Positions 9,455 through 18,303 of a stretch of 64,000 nt of DNA are shown piece after piece; the stretch's first letter is position 1; the number at the start of each line of letters is the position of its first letter. The DNA lies in contig CAWDVE010000019.1 of the NCBI GenBank assembly GCA_963805625.1, forward strand, positions 512,001 to 576,000. The letters run 5' to 3'. The translations under genes and the position numbers were made by a program. The notes below the pieces were generated by a model that was not told where the DNA came from, ran no database searches, and was given only the letters and a program-made list of their open reading frames with translations. The DNA comes from an uncultured Candidatus Rokubacteria bacterium. GTDB taxonomy: Bacteria > Methylomirabilota > Methylomirabilia > Rokubacteriales > DASRDR01.

Positions 9455-9622
9455 GGGTACGCCCCGCTACTCTCCAACCCTTTTTCCCACGCTGACCCAT
9501 GCTGGCCCAGGCTGAAATGGACGGTCCTGATCGGATGCTCATCGCCCTCTGGCGGTCTCTGGCGACCTGTGGCTGGAGAGAGGGAGCCGGCCACGCAGAC
9601 GAGCGGGACTGCACGGAGTGGC

Positions 9623-10267
9623 TCACTGGCCGGCGAGGGGCGCGAGGTCGCCCCGCGTGGCGTTGACGGACAGGACCGTGGGACCCTCGGGCCCGTAGGC
9701 AATGGCCGTGACCGACGCGGTGAAGACCGCGATGCGCTGGAAGAGGTCCAGATGCGTGCCGAGCGCGTGAGCGACCGCGGTCTTGATCGGGTCCGCATGG
9801 GAGACCGCCACGACAGTCTGGCCCGGGTGATCGGCGACCAGGCGCGCGAGCGTTCCGGTCATCCGGGCCTGCATCTCGGTGAACGATTCGCCGCCAGGGA
9901 ACCGGAACCCGCTCGGGTAGCGCTGGACGACCTTCCACTCGGGCTTCCGGCGGAGGTCCTTCAGGGCGAGCCCTGTCCAGTCGCCGTAGTCGCACTCGAG
10001 AAGCCCGGGCTCGGTCGTGACGAGGAGCCCCGCCGCAGCCGCGATGGGCGCGGCCGTCTCCTGCGCCCGCTCGAGCGGAGAGGCGTAGACGGCGGCGACC
10101 CGCGGGAGGCGCGCGATGCGCCCGGCCACGTCGGTCGCCTCCTCACGTCCCTTCTCCGCCAGATGGAGACCCGGTGCCCGGCCAGGCAAGGTGACGCCGG
10201 TCGTCGACGTCTGCCCGTGACGCACGAGGAGCACCAGGGTCGTCTTCGCGCCGCGTCCGTTCCGGAT
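9623..10267 (-). CDS. histidine phosphatase / probable phosphomutase (MSMEG_4193 family)
   Basis: LLVRHGQT, SPLERAQETA, ECDYGDWTG, FPGGES, VSHADPIK. Start uncertain (see findings). Confidence 0.85.
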   Translation of the reverse strand: MRNGRGAKTTLVLLVRHGQTSTTGVTLPGRAPGLHLAEKGREEATDVAGRIARLPRVAAVYASPLERAQETAAPIAAAAGLLVTTEPGLLECDYGDWTGLALKDLRRKPEWKVVQRYPSGFRFPGGESFTEMQARMTGTLARLVADHPGQTVVAVSHADPIKTAVAHALGTHLDLFQRIAVFTASVTAIAYGPEGPTVLSVNATRGDLAPLAGQ

Positions 10268-10467
10268 GGGTGGGCTCCTTGCCTGCTCTCCCGGTAAGAG
10301 TAAAGCATCGCGTGGCGGGGTCAATCGGCCGGCGCAAGCCGCGGGCGGATCGGGGCGGTTCCGGTCCGACCTGCCCGGCCGGTGTCCAGCGCCGGCGCGA
10401 GGACGGAGGACGACGGGAAGCGACCCGTGGTACAACTCCGCAGGAAGCCCATCACACGGAGGTCGCC

Positions 10468-10650
10468 ATGCCCAACATCACGATTCAGTGGTACGCGGGA
10501 CGGACGGACCAGCAGCGGCGCGAGATCACGGCCGCCATCACCGACGCCATGGTCCGCATCGGCAAGACGACGGCCGATCAGGTTCACATCGTCTTCCAGG
10601 ACGTCGAGAAGTCGCATTGGGGCTACAACGGCAAGCTGGCCAGCGACTGA
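10468..10650 (+). CDS. 4-oxalocrotonate tautomerase family protein
   Basis: 60 aa MPNITIQWYAGRTDQQRRE..., catalytic Pro after Met, GRT motif, GGAGG RBS. Confidence 0.9.
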   Translation: MPNITIQWYAGRTDQQRREITAAITDAMVRIGKTTADQVHIVFQDVEKSHWGYNGKLASD

Positions 10651-10653
10651 CGG

Positions 10654-12033
10654 TCACGCCTGACCCCATAGGAGCATCAGGGCCGCGAAGGCCTTGATCG
10701 CGCGCCGCGCGTCCTCGAGCCGGATGTGCTCGTTGGGCGCGTGGATGAGGCTCCCGCTGTACCCGACTCCCGGCGGCAGCGCCGCCGGGGTGCCGTGGCT
10801 CGTGTAGAACCACGTCGACGACGAGCCGCCCATCCAGGGGAAAACGGCGGGCGGGCGCCCGTATACGTCCTGACAGGCCGCCAGCAGCGCCTGCCCGATG
10901 GGCGACGAGATCGGGGAGGCGCCGGGCTCGAAGGTGCTGTGCTGGATCACCTCGATGTCGGCGAACCCCTTCCGGCGGAGATGGGTCTTGAGCGCGCTCA
11001 GGATCGGGAGCGGCCGCTGGCCGGGCACCAGGCGAAAGTCGAGCTTCACCGCGGCGTGCGCCGGGTTGATCGTCTTGCTCCCCGGTCCCGTGTAGCCGGA
11101 CACGATGCCGTCGATGTTGCAGGTCGGATTGTAGCAGTAGGCGATCAGTCGCCCCAGCCGTGTCTTGCCGCCGAAGACCTCGGTGACGCCGTACGCCTTC
11201 TGCCACGCGCGCGGGTCGAAGGGATTCTTGCGCAGGAGGCCGAGCGCCTCGCGCGTGGGACGGGGCACGCCGTCGTAGAAGCCTGGGATCAGCACGCGTC
11301 CCCGTGAGTCTCGGATCACGCGAAGCGCCTCGAGGAGCCGCCAGGCGGGATTGGGGAGCGACGCGGCGAGCGAGCTGTGCTGATCCACGGCCGCCGTCTG
11401 GACCCGCAGCTCGACGTAGAGGATGCCCTTGCTCCCCATGTAGACCTCGGGGACTCCCTCCGGCGTGTGCCCGGCGCCCTCGATCGTCGCCCCGGCGCCC
11501 CGGAAGAGGGCAGGGTGCTGGCGCGCGAAGGCCGGCAGGTGGGGACTGCCGACCTCTTCCTCGCCCTCGACCATGAACCTGAGGTTCACCGGCACAGTCC
11601 CGACGACCTCCCGCACCGCGTGCAGGGCGTATGCCTGCGCCGCGGTGTTCCCCTTTGTATCGGCCACTCCCCGGGCAAAGAGCTTGCCGTCCTCGACGAC
11701 GGGGTCGAACGGCGGGCGCCGCCACTCTCCGATCGGGTCGACGGGCTGCACGTCGTAGTGGTTGTAGAGGATCAGCGTCGGTCCGCCCGGTGCGTCCGCG
11801 ACCTCACCGATCACCATCGGAGGCCCCCCGGGCACATCCATCAGCCGGGCCCCGATTCCGTGGCGCTCGAGGAGCGCCCGCGTCGCGTCGGCCCCCTCGG
11901 CTTCGGCCTCGCGGCGGGCGCTGATCGTCGGCACGCGGGCGTAGGCGCGGAGCTCCTCCACGAACTCGGCGAACCGGCGGTCGATCCGCGCGTACACGTC
12001 CTGGCGGGCCGACTTGGCGATGCGGTCGTTCAT
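10654..12033 (-). CDS. M20 family metallo-dipeptidase
   Basis: YNHYDVQP, RGVADTKG, EGEEEVGS, IHAPNE. Confidence 0.9.
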   Translation of the reverse strand: MNDRIAKSARQDVYARIDRRFAEFVEELRAYARVPTISARREAEAEGADATRALLERHGIGARLMDVPGGPPMVIGEVADAPGGPTLILYNHYDVQPVDPIGEWRRPPFDPVVEDGKLFARGVADTKGNTAAQAYALHAVREVVGTVPVNLRFMVEGEEEVGSPHLPAFARQHPALFRGAGATIEGAGHTPEGVPEVYMGSKGILYVELRVQTAAVDQHSSLAASLPNPAWRLLEALRVIRDSRGRVLIPGFYDGVPRPTREALGLLRKNPFDPRAWQKAYGVTEVFGGKTRLGRLIAYCYNPTCNIDGIVSGYTGPGSKTINPAHAAVKLDFRLVPGQRPLPILSALKTHLRRKGFADIEVIQHSTFEPGASPISSPIGQALLAACQDVYGRPPAVFPWMGGSSSTWFYTSHGTPAALPPGVGYSGSLIHAPNEHIRLEDARRAIKAFAALMLLWGQA

Positions 12034-12085
12034 GCGAACACCTCCGTCTGCAGATGGGCCGGAATGAGCCGGAATGAGCCGCGCC

Positions 12086-14518
12086 TCACATCAGCCCCAT
12101 CAGTTGCCACACCGGCACGCTCAGCAGCAAGGCCACCGGGCGGAGGAGGCCCTCGAGCACGAGCGACCAGCGCGCCTGCGCGTGGGTGAAGAGATCGCCC
12201 TCGCTCGCGAAGTACACGATCGCGTAGCCCGAGTTCACGTAGGGCAGGATCGTGTGGTCACCGGCGATGAGGGCGACCAGCACCGGGATGAACGGGTGGA
12301 AGCCGAGCCCCTCGGCGATCGGCATGGCGACGAGCGCGATGATGGTCGACGCCGTCATCCAGGGCACGAAGAAGTGGAGCACGAAGGCGATGATCGAGAT
12401 GGTCAGGACGAATCCGTAGGGGTTGCGGACCATGGCCGGCATCCCGCTCTGCACCAGCGAGGTCAGCCAGGTGTCGATGTGGAGCGTCGTGAACACGTTG
12501 CCGAGGCTCAGGATCACCCCGGCGTAGACGAGGAGTCCGAGCGTCCCGCCGCCCTGGAAGGCCGACTGATCGAGCGCGCCGAGCGTGAACAGGAACAGGA
12601 AGGCGCCCAGGGCGAGCCACGCGGGGGCGATCCCGTGGTACGGGCGGCTTGCGAACCCGACGATCAGGAGGACCAGCACGACGGCGCTCCAGATCTCGTT
12701 AGGGGTGAGGGGGCCGAGGAGCGCCTGCTGGAGCCGCACGGCGTCGAGGTTGACCCGTCCGGTCCGATGGGGCTTGAAGCGAAAGAGGAGCCAGAGGTAC
12801 GTGACGACGCCGATGATCACGAACGGGGGCAGCGCGATGAAGAACCAGCGCCACCAGGTGATCTGGCTCTTGGCCGCGGCCGGGAGCAGGTCGTGCACCA
12901 CCAGGCCGGTGAATGTCCCGGTCTGGAACAGCTCGCCCACCTGGAGGAACGTGAAGAACGTCATCAGGCCCACGGCGGCTGCGCCCGGACTGCGCGGCGC
13001 GAATCCCATCGCATCCGTGATCCCGCGCGCGATCGGCACCCCGAGGGCGATCCGGGTGGAGCCGCTCGTCAGGCCTGCGCTCATCAGGACGCCGGTGAGG
13101 CAGAGGACCATGCTCTGCGGGATGAACCGGGGCGGCAGGCGCTGGAGTGACAGCAGCACGAGCCGGAACATGAGGCCCGAGCGGGAGACCGCGACGCCCA
13201 CCGCCAGGAGCGTGAAGATCATGAGCCAGGCGGGCGCCGCGAAGCCTCCGAGAATGTCCGTGGGCGGTACCAGGCCGGGCAGCACGAGGGCCAGCGTCAG
13301 GAACAGCATGACGATGTAGTCGGGTAGCACGTCGGCCACGAGCAGCGGCACGGTCGCGATGAGGGCCCCGAGCGTGACGAGGCCGCCGCGCGCGAGCCCC
13401 TCTGGCAGGGGCAGGATCCACCCCAGCCCGAAGATCACGACCGCCGCGAGGGCGCTCAGTGCGCGCACCGTCGTGAGCTGGCGGGCGAGGCGCCCGAAGA
13501 GCGGCGCCGCGCGCTCGCGGCTGCCGGGCGCCGCCGGTCGCGCGGCGGCCACCATCCGCTCGCTGAGCCGCGTCCGCATGGCGGCGAGCCGGGTCCCGAG
13601 GGCTGGCGATCGTTCGCCGACCGCCGCGAGCCAGCGGTCGAGGTCTCCCGCGGACGCGGTCTGGAGCAGGTGGGCCTCGTGGGCGCCGAGCAGCCTCTCG
13701 GCGTCCTCGACCGCCCCCGCCGCGAGCGCGAGGTCCGTGGCCGCGACGACCTCGCCGGCTGCCGCCATCTCCTCGGCTGCGGCACGCAGCCAGGCCGGAT
13801 TCGGTTCGCGGAGGTCCGTGCCGGCGATCGCGAGGAAGGTGGCGTCGACGACCAGGTCCGATCCCTCGGCGCGCAGCAGACCGGACTGCTCGACGAGCTC
13901 GGTCAGCGCGCCGCCGTCCCCGGTGCGGGCGCACGTCCGGCGAAGCACCTCGGCGCCCCATCGCGGTCGGGCGGCGACACCTGCGACCAGCCGGGCGGCC
14001 GCCGGACTGAGGCGGCCGAGCGCGGCGGCGGTGAGCCGATGGCTGAACGCCCGGAGGGCGCCCGTCTCGTGGTTCATCGCGGTCAACCGGTGGCTCAGCG
14101 AGCGCTCGATGCTCCGGGCGATGCCGCGCTCGTGATCGAGGAGCGTCTCGAAGCGGGGCCGAGAGAGACGCCAGACCGTGAGGTCCGTGTCGGCCACCAC
14201 CGTCGCGGTGCGCGGCGAGTCGGTGAGGAGCGCCATCTCCCCGAATACCTCGCCGGGCCCGAGCGTCGTGAGGGGCTCGCCAGTGCCATCGCCGGAGGCG
14301 GGGACCGAGGCGCCGCCGGCTAGCACCCCCGCCTGGCCCTGCTTGATCACGTAGAGGCCGTCCGGCCGGTCACCCTGGCGGACGATGGCCTGGCCTGGCG
14401 CGAAGTGCATCTCCTCGAGCTCCCCGGCTAGCCGGGCGAGGTCCAGGCGCCCCAGGTGGGAGAAGAGCGGGGATCGGGCAAGCGCGGTCGCGGAGTCGGG
14501 ACGGCCGGGGTTTGACAT
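12086..14518 (-). CDS. cyclic-nucleotide-binding domain fused to SLC13/DASS family anion permease
   Basis: IVRQGD...GEVFGEMALLTDSPRTATV (cNMP); C-terminal multi-TM region with LGGFAAPAWL, SRSGLMFR, ITWWRWF. Start set at ATG 14518. Confidence 0.8.
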   Translation of the reverse strand: MSNPGRPDSATALARSPLFSHLGRLDLARLAGELEEMHFAPGQAIVRQGDRPDGLYVIKQGQAGVLAGGASVPASGDGTGEPLTTLGPGEVFGEMALLTDSPRTATVVADTDLTVWRLSRPRFETLLDHERGIARSIERSLSHRLTAMNHETGALRAFSHRLTAAALGRLSPAAARLVAGVAARPRWGAEVLRRTCARTGDGGALTELVEQSGLLRAEGSDLVVDATFLAIAGTDLREPNPAWLRAAAEEMAAAGEVVAATDLALAAGAVEDAERLLGAHEAHLLQTASAGDLDRWLAAVGERSPALGTRLAAMRTRLSERMVAAARPAAPGSRERAAPLFGRLARQLTTVRALSALAAVVIFGLGWILPLPEGLARGGLVTLGALIATVPLLVADVLPDYIVMLFLTLALVLPGLVPPTDILGGFAAPAWLMIFTLLAVGVAVSRSGLMFRLVLLSLQRLPPRFIPQSMVLCLTGVLMSAGLTSGSTRIALGVPIARGITDAMGFAPRSPGAAAVGLMTFFTFLQVGELFQTGTFTGLVVHDLLPAAAKSQITWWRWFFIALPPFVIIGVVTYLWLLFRFKPHRTGRVNLDAVRLQQALLGPLTPNEIWSAVVLVLLIVGFASRPYHGIAPAWLALGAFLFLFTLGALDQSAFQGGGTLGLLVYAGVILSLGNVFTTLHIDTWLTSLVQSGMPAMVRNPYGFVLTISIIAFVLHFFVPWMTASTIIALVAMPIAEGLGFHPFIPVLVALIAGDHTILPYVNSGYAIVYFASEGDLFTHAQARWSLVLEGLLRPVALLLSVPVWQLMGLM

Positions 14519-14712
14519 GAGTGCTATCGGGACGGCCGCTATCTTCGACGACCATCCGGTCGGCTGTAAAGAGGGCCCTCGCTTCCCTGTCGTGCTCCAC
14601 CCGCGCACCACCCGCGCCACCTGCACGATTGACCGCAGGTTGCGATGCGGCGACGCCCTGGCGCATGCTGGGGTGGCGCCGCCGGTCCCATCCGGCAGCC
14701 CGGGAGGCTCCG

Positions 14713-15567
14713 ATGCGCTGGAGAGACATGCGCCGCAGCGACAACGTGGAGGACCGTCGTGGGATGTCGATGGGCGGCGCGGGGATCAAGCTCGGCGGCG
14801 GAGGGCTGCTCCTGATCGTCGTGCTGAGCCTGCTGACAGGCACGAACCCCCTCGATCTCCTCAGCGGTCTGGAAGAGGCTGGGTCGCCCCCGGCGATCGA
14901 CACCGGACCCGAGCGGAAGCCGCCCGCGGACGATCCGCAGTCTGACTTCATCCGGGCGATCCTCGGGGACACCGAGGACACATGGGGCCGGCTCTTCGGC
15001 CAGGGCGGCGGGACCTACGAGCCGCCCCGGCTGGTCCTGTTCAGCGGCGCCGTCCAATCCGCGTGCGGCCAGGCGAGCGCCGCGGTCGGGCCCTTCTACT
15101 GCCCGCCCGACCGCCGCGTGTATCTGGACCTCCAGTTCTTCCAGGAGCTGAGCGAGCGCTTCGGGGCCCCGGGCGATTTCGCGCGCGCCTACGTCGTGGC
15201 CCACGAGATCGGGCATCACGTCCAGAACCTCCTGGGAGTCTCGGAGGGCGTGCAGCGGCAGCGCGGCCGGATGGACCAGGCGAGGGCCAACGCGCTCTCG
15301 GTGCGGCTCGAGCTCCAGGCGGACTGCTACGCCGGGGTCTGGGGCCACTCCGCCGCGCGGCGCAACATCCTCGAGCCGGGCGACGTCGAGGCCGCCCTGG
15401 CCGCGGCGACGGCGATCGGAGACGATCGCCTACAGAAGCAGTCGCGCGGGTACGTCGTGCCCGAGTCGTTCACCCACGGCTCATCCGCTCAGCGCGTCCG
15501 GTGGTTCCGGACCGGCCTCGAGACGGGGGACGTGCGGCGCTGCGACACGTTCGCGGCCCGGCAGTAG
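14713..15567 (+). CDS. ypfJ: neutral zinc metallopeptidase (YpfJ family)
   Basis: RRSDNVEDRRG, GPFYCP, AHEIGHHVQ, ELQADCYAG, FTHGSSAQR. Confidence 0.9.
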   Translation: MRWRDMRRSDNVEDRRGMSMGGAGIKLGGGGLLLIVVLSLLTGTNPLDLLSGLEEAGSPPAIDTGPERKPPADDPQSDFIRAILGDTEDTWGRLFGQGGGTYEPPRLVLFSGAVQSACGQASAAVGPFYCPPDRRVYLDLQFFQELSERFGAPGDFARAYVVAHEIGHHVQNLLGVSEGVQRQRGRMDQARANALSVRLELQADCYAGVWGHSAARRNILEPGDVEAALAAATAIGDDRLQKQSRGYVVPESFTHGSSAQRVRWFRTGLETGDVRRCDTFAARQ

Positions 15568-15649
15568 CGGGAGGCGCGGCGCCCCTCGGGGCGCGAGTCT
15601 GATTGCTGCGGGGGACTGGCTCCCGTTACTGTCCCCGCCGCGGGTGACC

Positions 15650-17155
15650 TCAGGACCTGTCGGCCAGCCGCGCTCCTGCCTGCCGCACGATCCCGATCAG
15701 GGCGTCGACGTCCGCCTCCGTCGTTCCGTAGTGGAGCACGCAGGCGCGCAGCGCGAACCGACCTCGCAGCACGGTGCCGGTGAGGAAGGCCTGCCCCTCG
15801 GCCTGGACCCGCTCCACCAGGAGCTTGTTCAGCGAGTCGAGCTGCGTGGCATCCTCGGTCCATCCCGGTGGCGCGTAGCGAAAGCACACGACCGAGAGCT
15901 CCGCGGGAGCCACGCACTCGAGGTCGGGCGCGTCGTCGACGGCAGCAGCCAGGCGATGCGCCAGGGCGACGTGACGACGGACCAGCGCGGCCACGCCGGT
16001 CCGGCCGAGGTGCTGGAGGACCATCCAGAGCTTGAGGGCCCGGAAGCCCCGGGTCTGCTGGAAGCCGTACTCCGAGTACCAGGGGAGCCCCCCGAAGCCC
16101 TTGCCCTCCTCCGTCCGGAGGTAGGGGGGCACGAGGCTCCACGTGTCCCGCAGGAGGCGTCCGTCCCGGACGAGCGCGCACCCGCACTCCACCGGCACGG
16201 AGAGCCACTTGTGCGGGTCGAGCGCGAGCGAGTCCGCGCGCCCGAGCCCCGCGTAGCGGGCAGCGAGGGCCGGGTCCGCAACGCCGATGGCGCCGTAGGC
16301 GCCGTCGACGTGGAACCAGAGCCCCTCCGTCTGGCAGAGGGTGGCCACATCGTCGAGCGGGTCGATCGCGCCGGTGTTGACGGTTCCCGCGCTCGCCGCC
16401 ACGCAGAAGGGACGGCGCCCGGCGGCACGGTCCCGGGCAATGGCAGCGCGGAGCGCTCCCACGTCCATCCGCAGGTCGTCGTCCACGGGGACCGTCCGCA
16501 CCCCGTCCCCGCCGAGGCCCAGGACCTCCGCCGCCTTCCGCATGCAGCTGTGGCTCTCCTCCGAGAGGTAGAGGACGAGGGGCGCGGGGGTGCCCCGGAG
16601 TCCCTGGGCCCGAACGTCCCAGCCGTCAACGGCCAAGGCGCGGTGCCGCGCGGCGGTGAGGCACGTGAGGGAGGCTGTGGACCCTCCGCTCACCAGGAGC
16701 CCCATGCTGCCCTCGACCGGGAAGCCGACGAGCTCCATCAGCCACCGGACGGCCGCGCGCTCGATGTAGATGGCCGCGTGGTCTCCGCCGGCGCAGCTCG
16801 GATCGAGGGCCGCCGCGAGGAAATCCGCCACGATGCCGACGGGTGCCGGCGGTGAGTTCACCCAGCCGAAGAACCGCGGATGCCCGTTCCCCATGGGATG
16901 CGTGAAGACCTCACGCCCGACGAGGGCGAGCAGGGTCTCGGGGGACACCCCTCGGTCGGGCAGGGGACGCTCGAGGAGCGTCGCGCGCTCCGCCGGGGTC
17001 ATCGGCGCGAAGACCGGCCGGTCGCGGATCCCGTCGAGGTGGTCGGCGATCAGGTCCACCGCCGCGTGAGCGAGTCGCCGGAACGTGTCCGGGGTCATGG
17101 CTGGCGGCGCGGGGTCGAGCGGGGTCAGAGCCGACGGTGTCGGTGTCGGGGTCAC
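15650..17155 (-). CDS. PLP-dependent group II (aromatic-L-amino-acid type) decarboxylase
   Basis: HPRFFG, AGTVNTGAIDPL, HVDGAYG, DPHKW (PLP Lys). GTG start overlaps the XRE stop (GTGA). Confidence 0.9.
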   Translation of the reverse strand: MTPTPTPSALTPLDPAPPAMTPDTFRRLAHAAVDLIADHLDGIRDRPVFAPMTPAERATLLERPLPDRGVSPETLLALVGREVFTHPMGNGHPRFFGWVNSPPAPVGIVADFLAAALDPSCAGGDHAAIYIERAAVRWLMELVGFPVEGSMGLLVSGGSTASLTCLTAARHRALAVDGWDVRAQGLRGTPAPLVLYLSEESHSCMRKAAEVLGLGGDGVRTVPVDDDLRMDVGALRAAIARDRAAGRRPFCVAASAGTVNTGAIDPLDDVATLCQTEGLWFHVDGAYGAIGVADPALAARYAGLGRADSLALDPHKWLSVPVECGCALVRDGRLLRDTWSLVPPYLRTEEGKGFGGLPWYSEYGFQQTRGFRALKLWMVLQHLGRTGVAALVRRHVALAHRLAAAVDDAPDLECVAPAELSVVCFRYAPPGWTEDATQLDSLNKLLVERVQAEGQAFLTGTVLRGRFALRACVLHYGTTEADVDALIGIVRQAGARLADRS

Positions 17156-17802
17156 GGGCGTCTCCTCACGCCGGCCGGGAGCACCCGCCCTCGCCGTGCG
17201 TGTGGGCTGCTCTCCACCAGCGCCATGGCGAGGTAGTACACGCAGGGCTCGCGGCCCGGGTTGACGAACTGGTGGTGGCAGTCCCCCGCGTAGTACGCGC
17301 TGTCGCCCGCGCGGAGCGTGTGAGGGGTGCCGTCGACCGTCAGCTGGAGGGTGCCGCGCTCCACGGCGAGGTACTCCCGGGAGCCACGTGCGTGAGGCGC
17401 GAAGACGCCGGCGTCCACCCCGGGCGCGATCGTCGTCCGCATCAGCTCGAACTCGACCCCGGGCAGCACGGGGGAGAGGATCCGGCGCTCCCACCCCGAG
17501 GGATCCCGCACGACGTCCTGGGCGGCGTGGCGCAGGATGACAACACGCGCGGCGCGCTCCTCGCCCAAAAGCCGCGCGATGCTCGTGTCGAGGGCGGTGG
17601 CGATGCGGTCGAAGACAAGGACGGTCGGCACCTTCCCACCGCGCTCGACGGCCGAGAGCATGCTCCGGCTGACCCCGGCCCGCCCAGCGACGGCGTCGAG
17701 CGACAGGCGTCGGTCGAGACGCGCCGCCCGGACCCGGGCCCCGAGCTCCGATACGTCGAGTCCCGTCGAGAACCGTGCGGTTACATTGCGCGTCGACACC
17801 AT
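17152..17802 (-). CDS. XRE-family HTH regulator with cupin domain
   Basis: LSLDAVAGRAGVSRSMLSAVERG HTH; C-terminal cupin H...EYL...H. Confidence 0.9.
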   Translation of the reverse strand: MVSTRNVTARFSTGLDVSELGARVRAARLDRRLSLDAVAGRAGVSRSMLSAVERGGKVPTVLVFDRIATALDTSIARLLGEERAARVVILRHAAQDVVRDPSGWERRILSPVLPGVEFELMRTTIAPGVDAGVFAPHARGSREYLAVERGTLQLTVDGTPHTLRAGDSAYYAGDCHHQFVNPGREPCVYYLAMALVESSPHARRGRVLPAGVRRRP

Positions 17803-17807
17803 GGTGG

Positions 17808-17836
17808 ATGATATTCCACTATAGTGGATGCCGCAA
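17808..17836 (-). promoter_or_regulatory. sigma-70 promoter with palindromic operator in the spacer
   Basis: Minus strand TTGCGG-N17-TATCAT; perfect 14-bp palindrome TCCACTATAGTGGA at 17815-17828; ATG follows 5 nt after the -10 box. Confidence 0.65.
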
Positions 17837-18003
17837 GCCTCGCCTCCCCGTCACACCGTGTAAGAACCATCGTGTAGCGGCTACCCGACCGGGGGGCCCC
17901 GGCCGGCCGGGTGACGGCCCGGCGGCGCCGGTGAGCTAGCGCGCTGCCCATATTGCAGCGGATTTAGGTGCCGGGCGAGCGTGGTTGCCAGCGATCGGAG
18001 GTG

Positions 18004-18019
18004 TGGCACTCATCTTGCC
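18004..18019 (+). promoter_or_regulatory. sigma-54 (-24/-12) promoter
   Basis: TGGCAC-TCATC-TTGC matches the TGGCAC-N5-TTGC consensus, just upstream of ATG 18033. Confidence 0.65.
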
Positions 18020-18032
18020 CGCGTTCAAACCG

Positions 18033-18287
18033 ATGCGGCCCTCGTCCGTTCAGCTAGCACCCCTCCTGCTCACCGTCCCCGACACTGCCCGTCGCCTCCG
18101 GCGCCACGAGCAGACCATCCGTGCCATGATCCGCCGAGGAGACCTGGCGGCGATCCGGTTGGGCCGCCTGGTGCGCGTCCTCGCGGCCACCGTCGATGGG
18201 GCCGGCGCGGGGATGGGGCAGGCCGCCGTCCGTCCACGGACGCCGCGACGTGCGCTCCGGCGGCTTCCCGTGCGGGCCCGCGCCTAG
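18033..18287 (+). CDS. excisionase-like (HTH_17) DNA-binding protein
   Basis: LLTVPDTARRLRRHEQTIRAMIRRGDLAAIRLGRLVRV is the typical Xis-like winged HTH pattern. Confidence 0.7.
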   Translation: MRPSSVQLAPLLLTVPDTARRLRRHEQTIRAMIRRGDLAAIRLGRLVRVLAATVDGAGAGMGQAAVRPRTPRRALRRLPVRARA

Positions 18288-18303
18288 CCCGGGGCCATCC
18301 GCG

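Noticed and set aside
12058-12081. 10-bp tandem duplication GCCGGAATGA x2
   Set aside because: Two copies only, intergenic; probably slippage with no evident function.
18033-18287. Prophage or integrative element marked by the excisionase-like gene
   Set aside because: No integrase, att-like repeats, tRNA or phage genes nearby.
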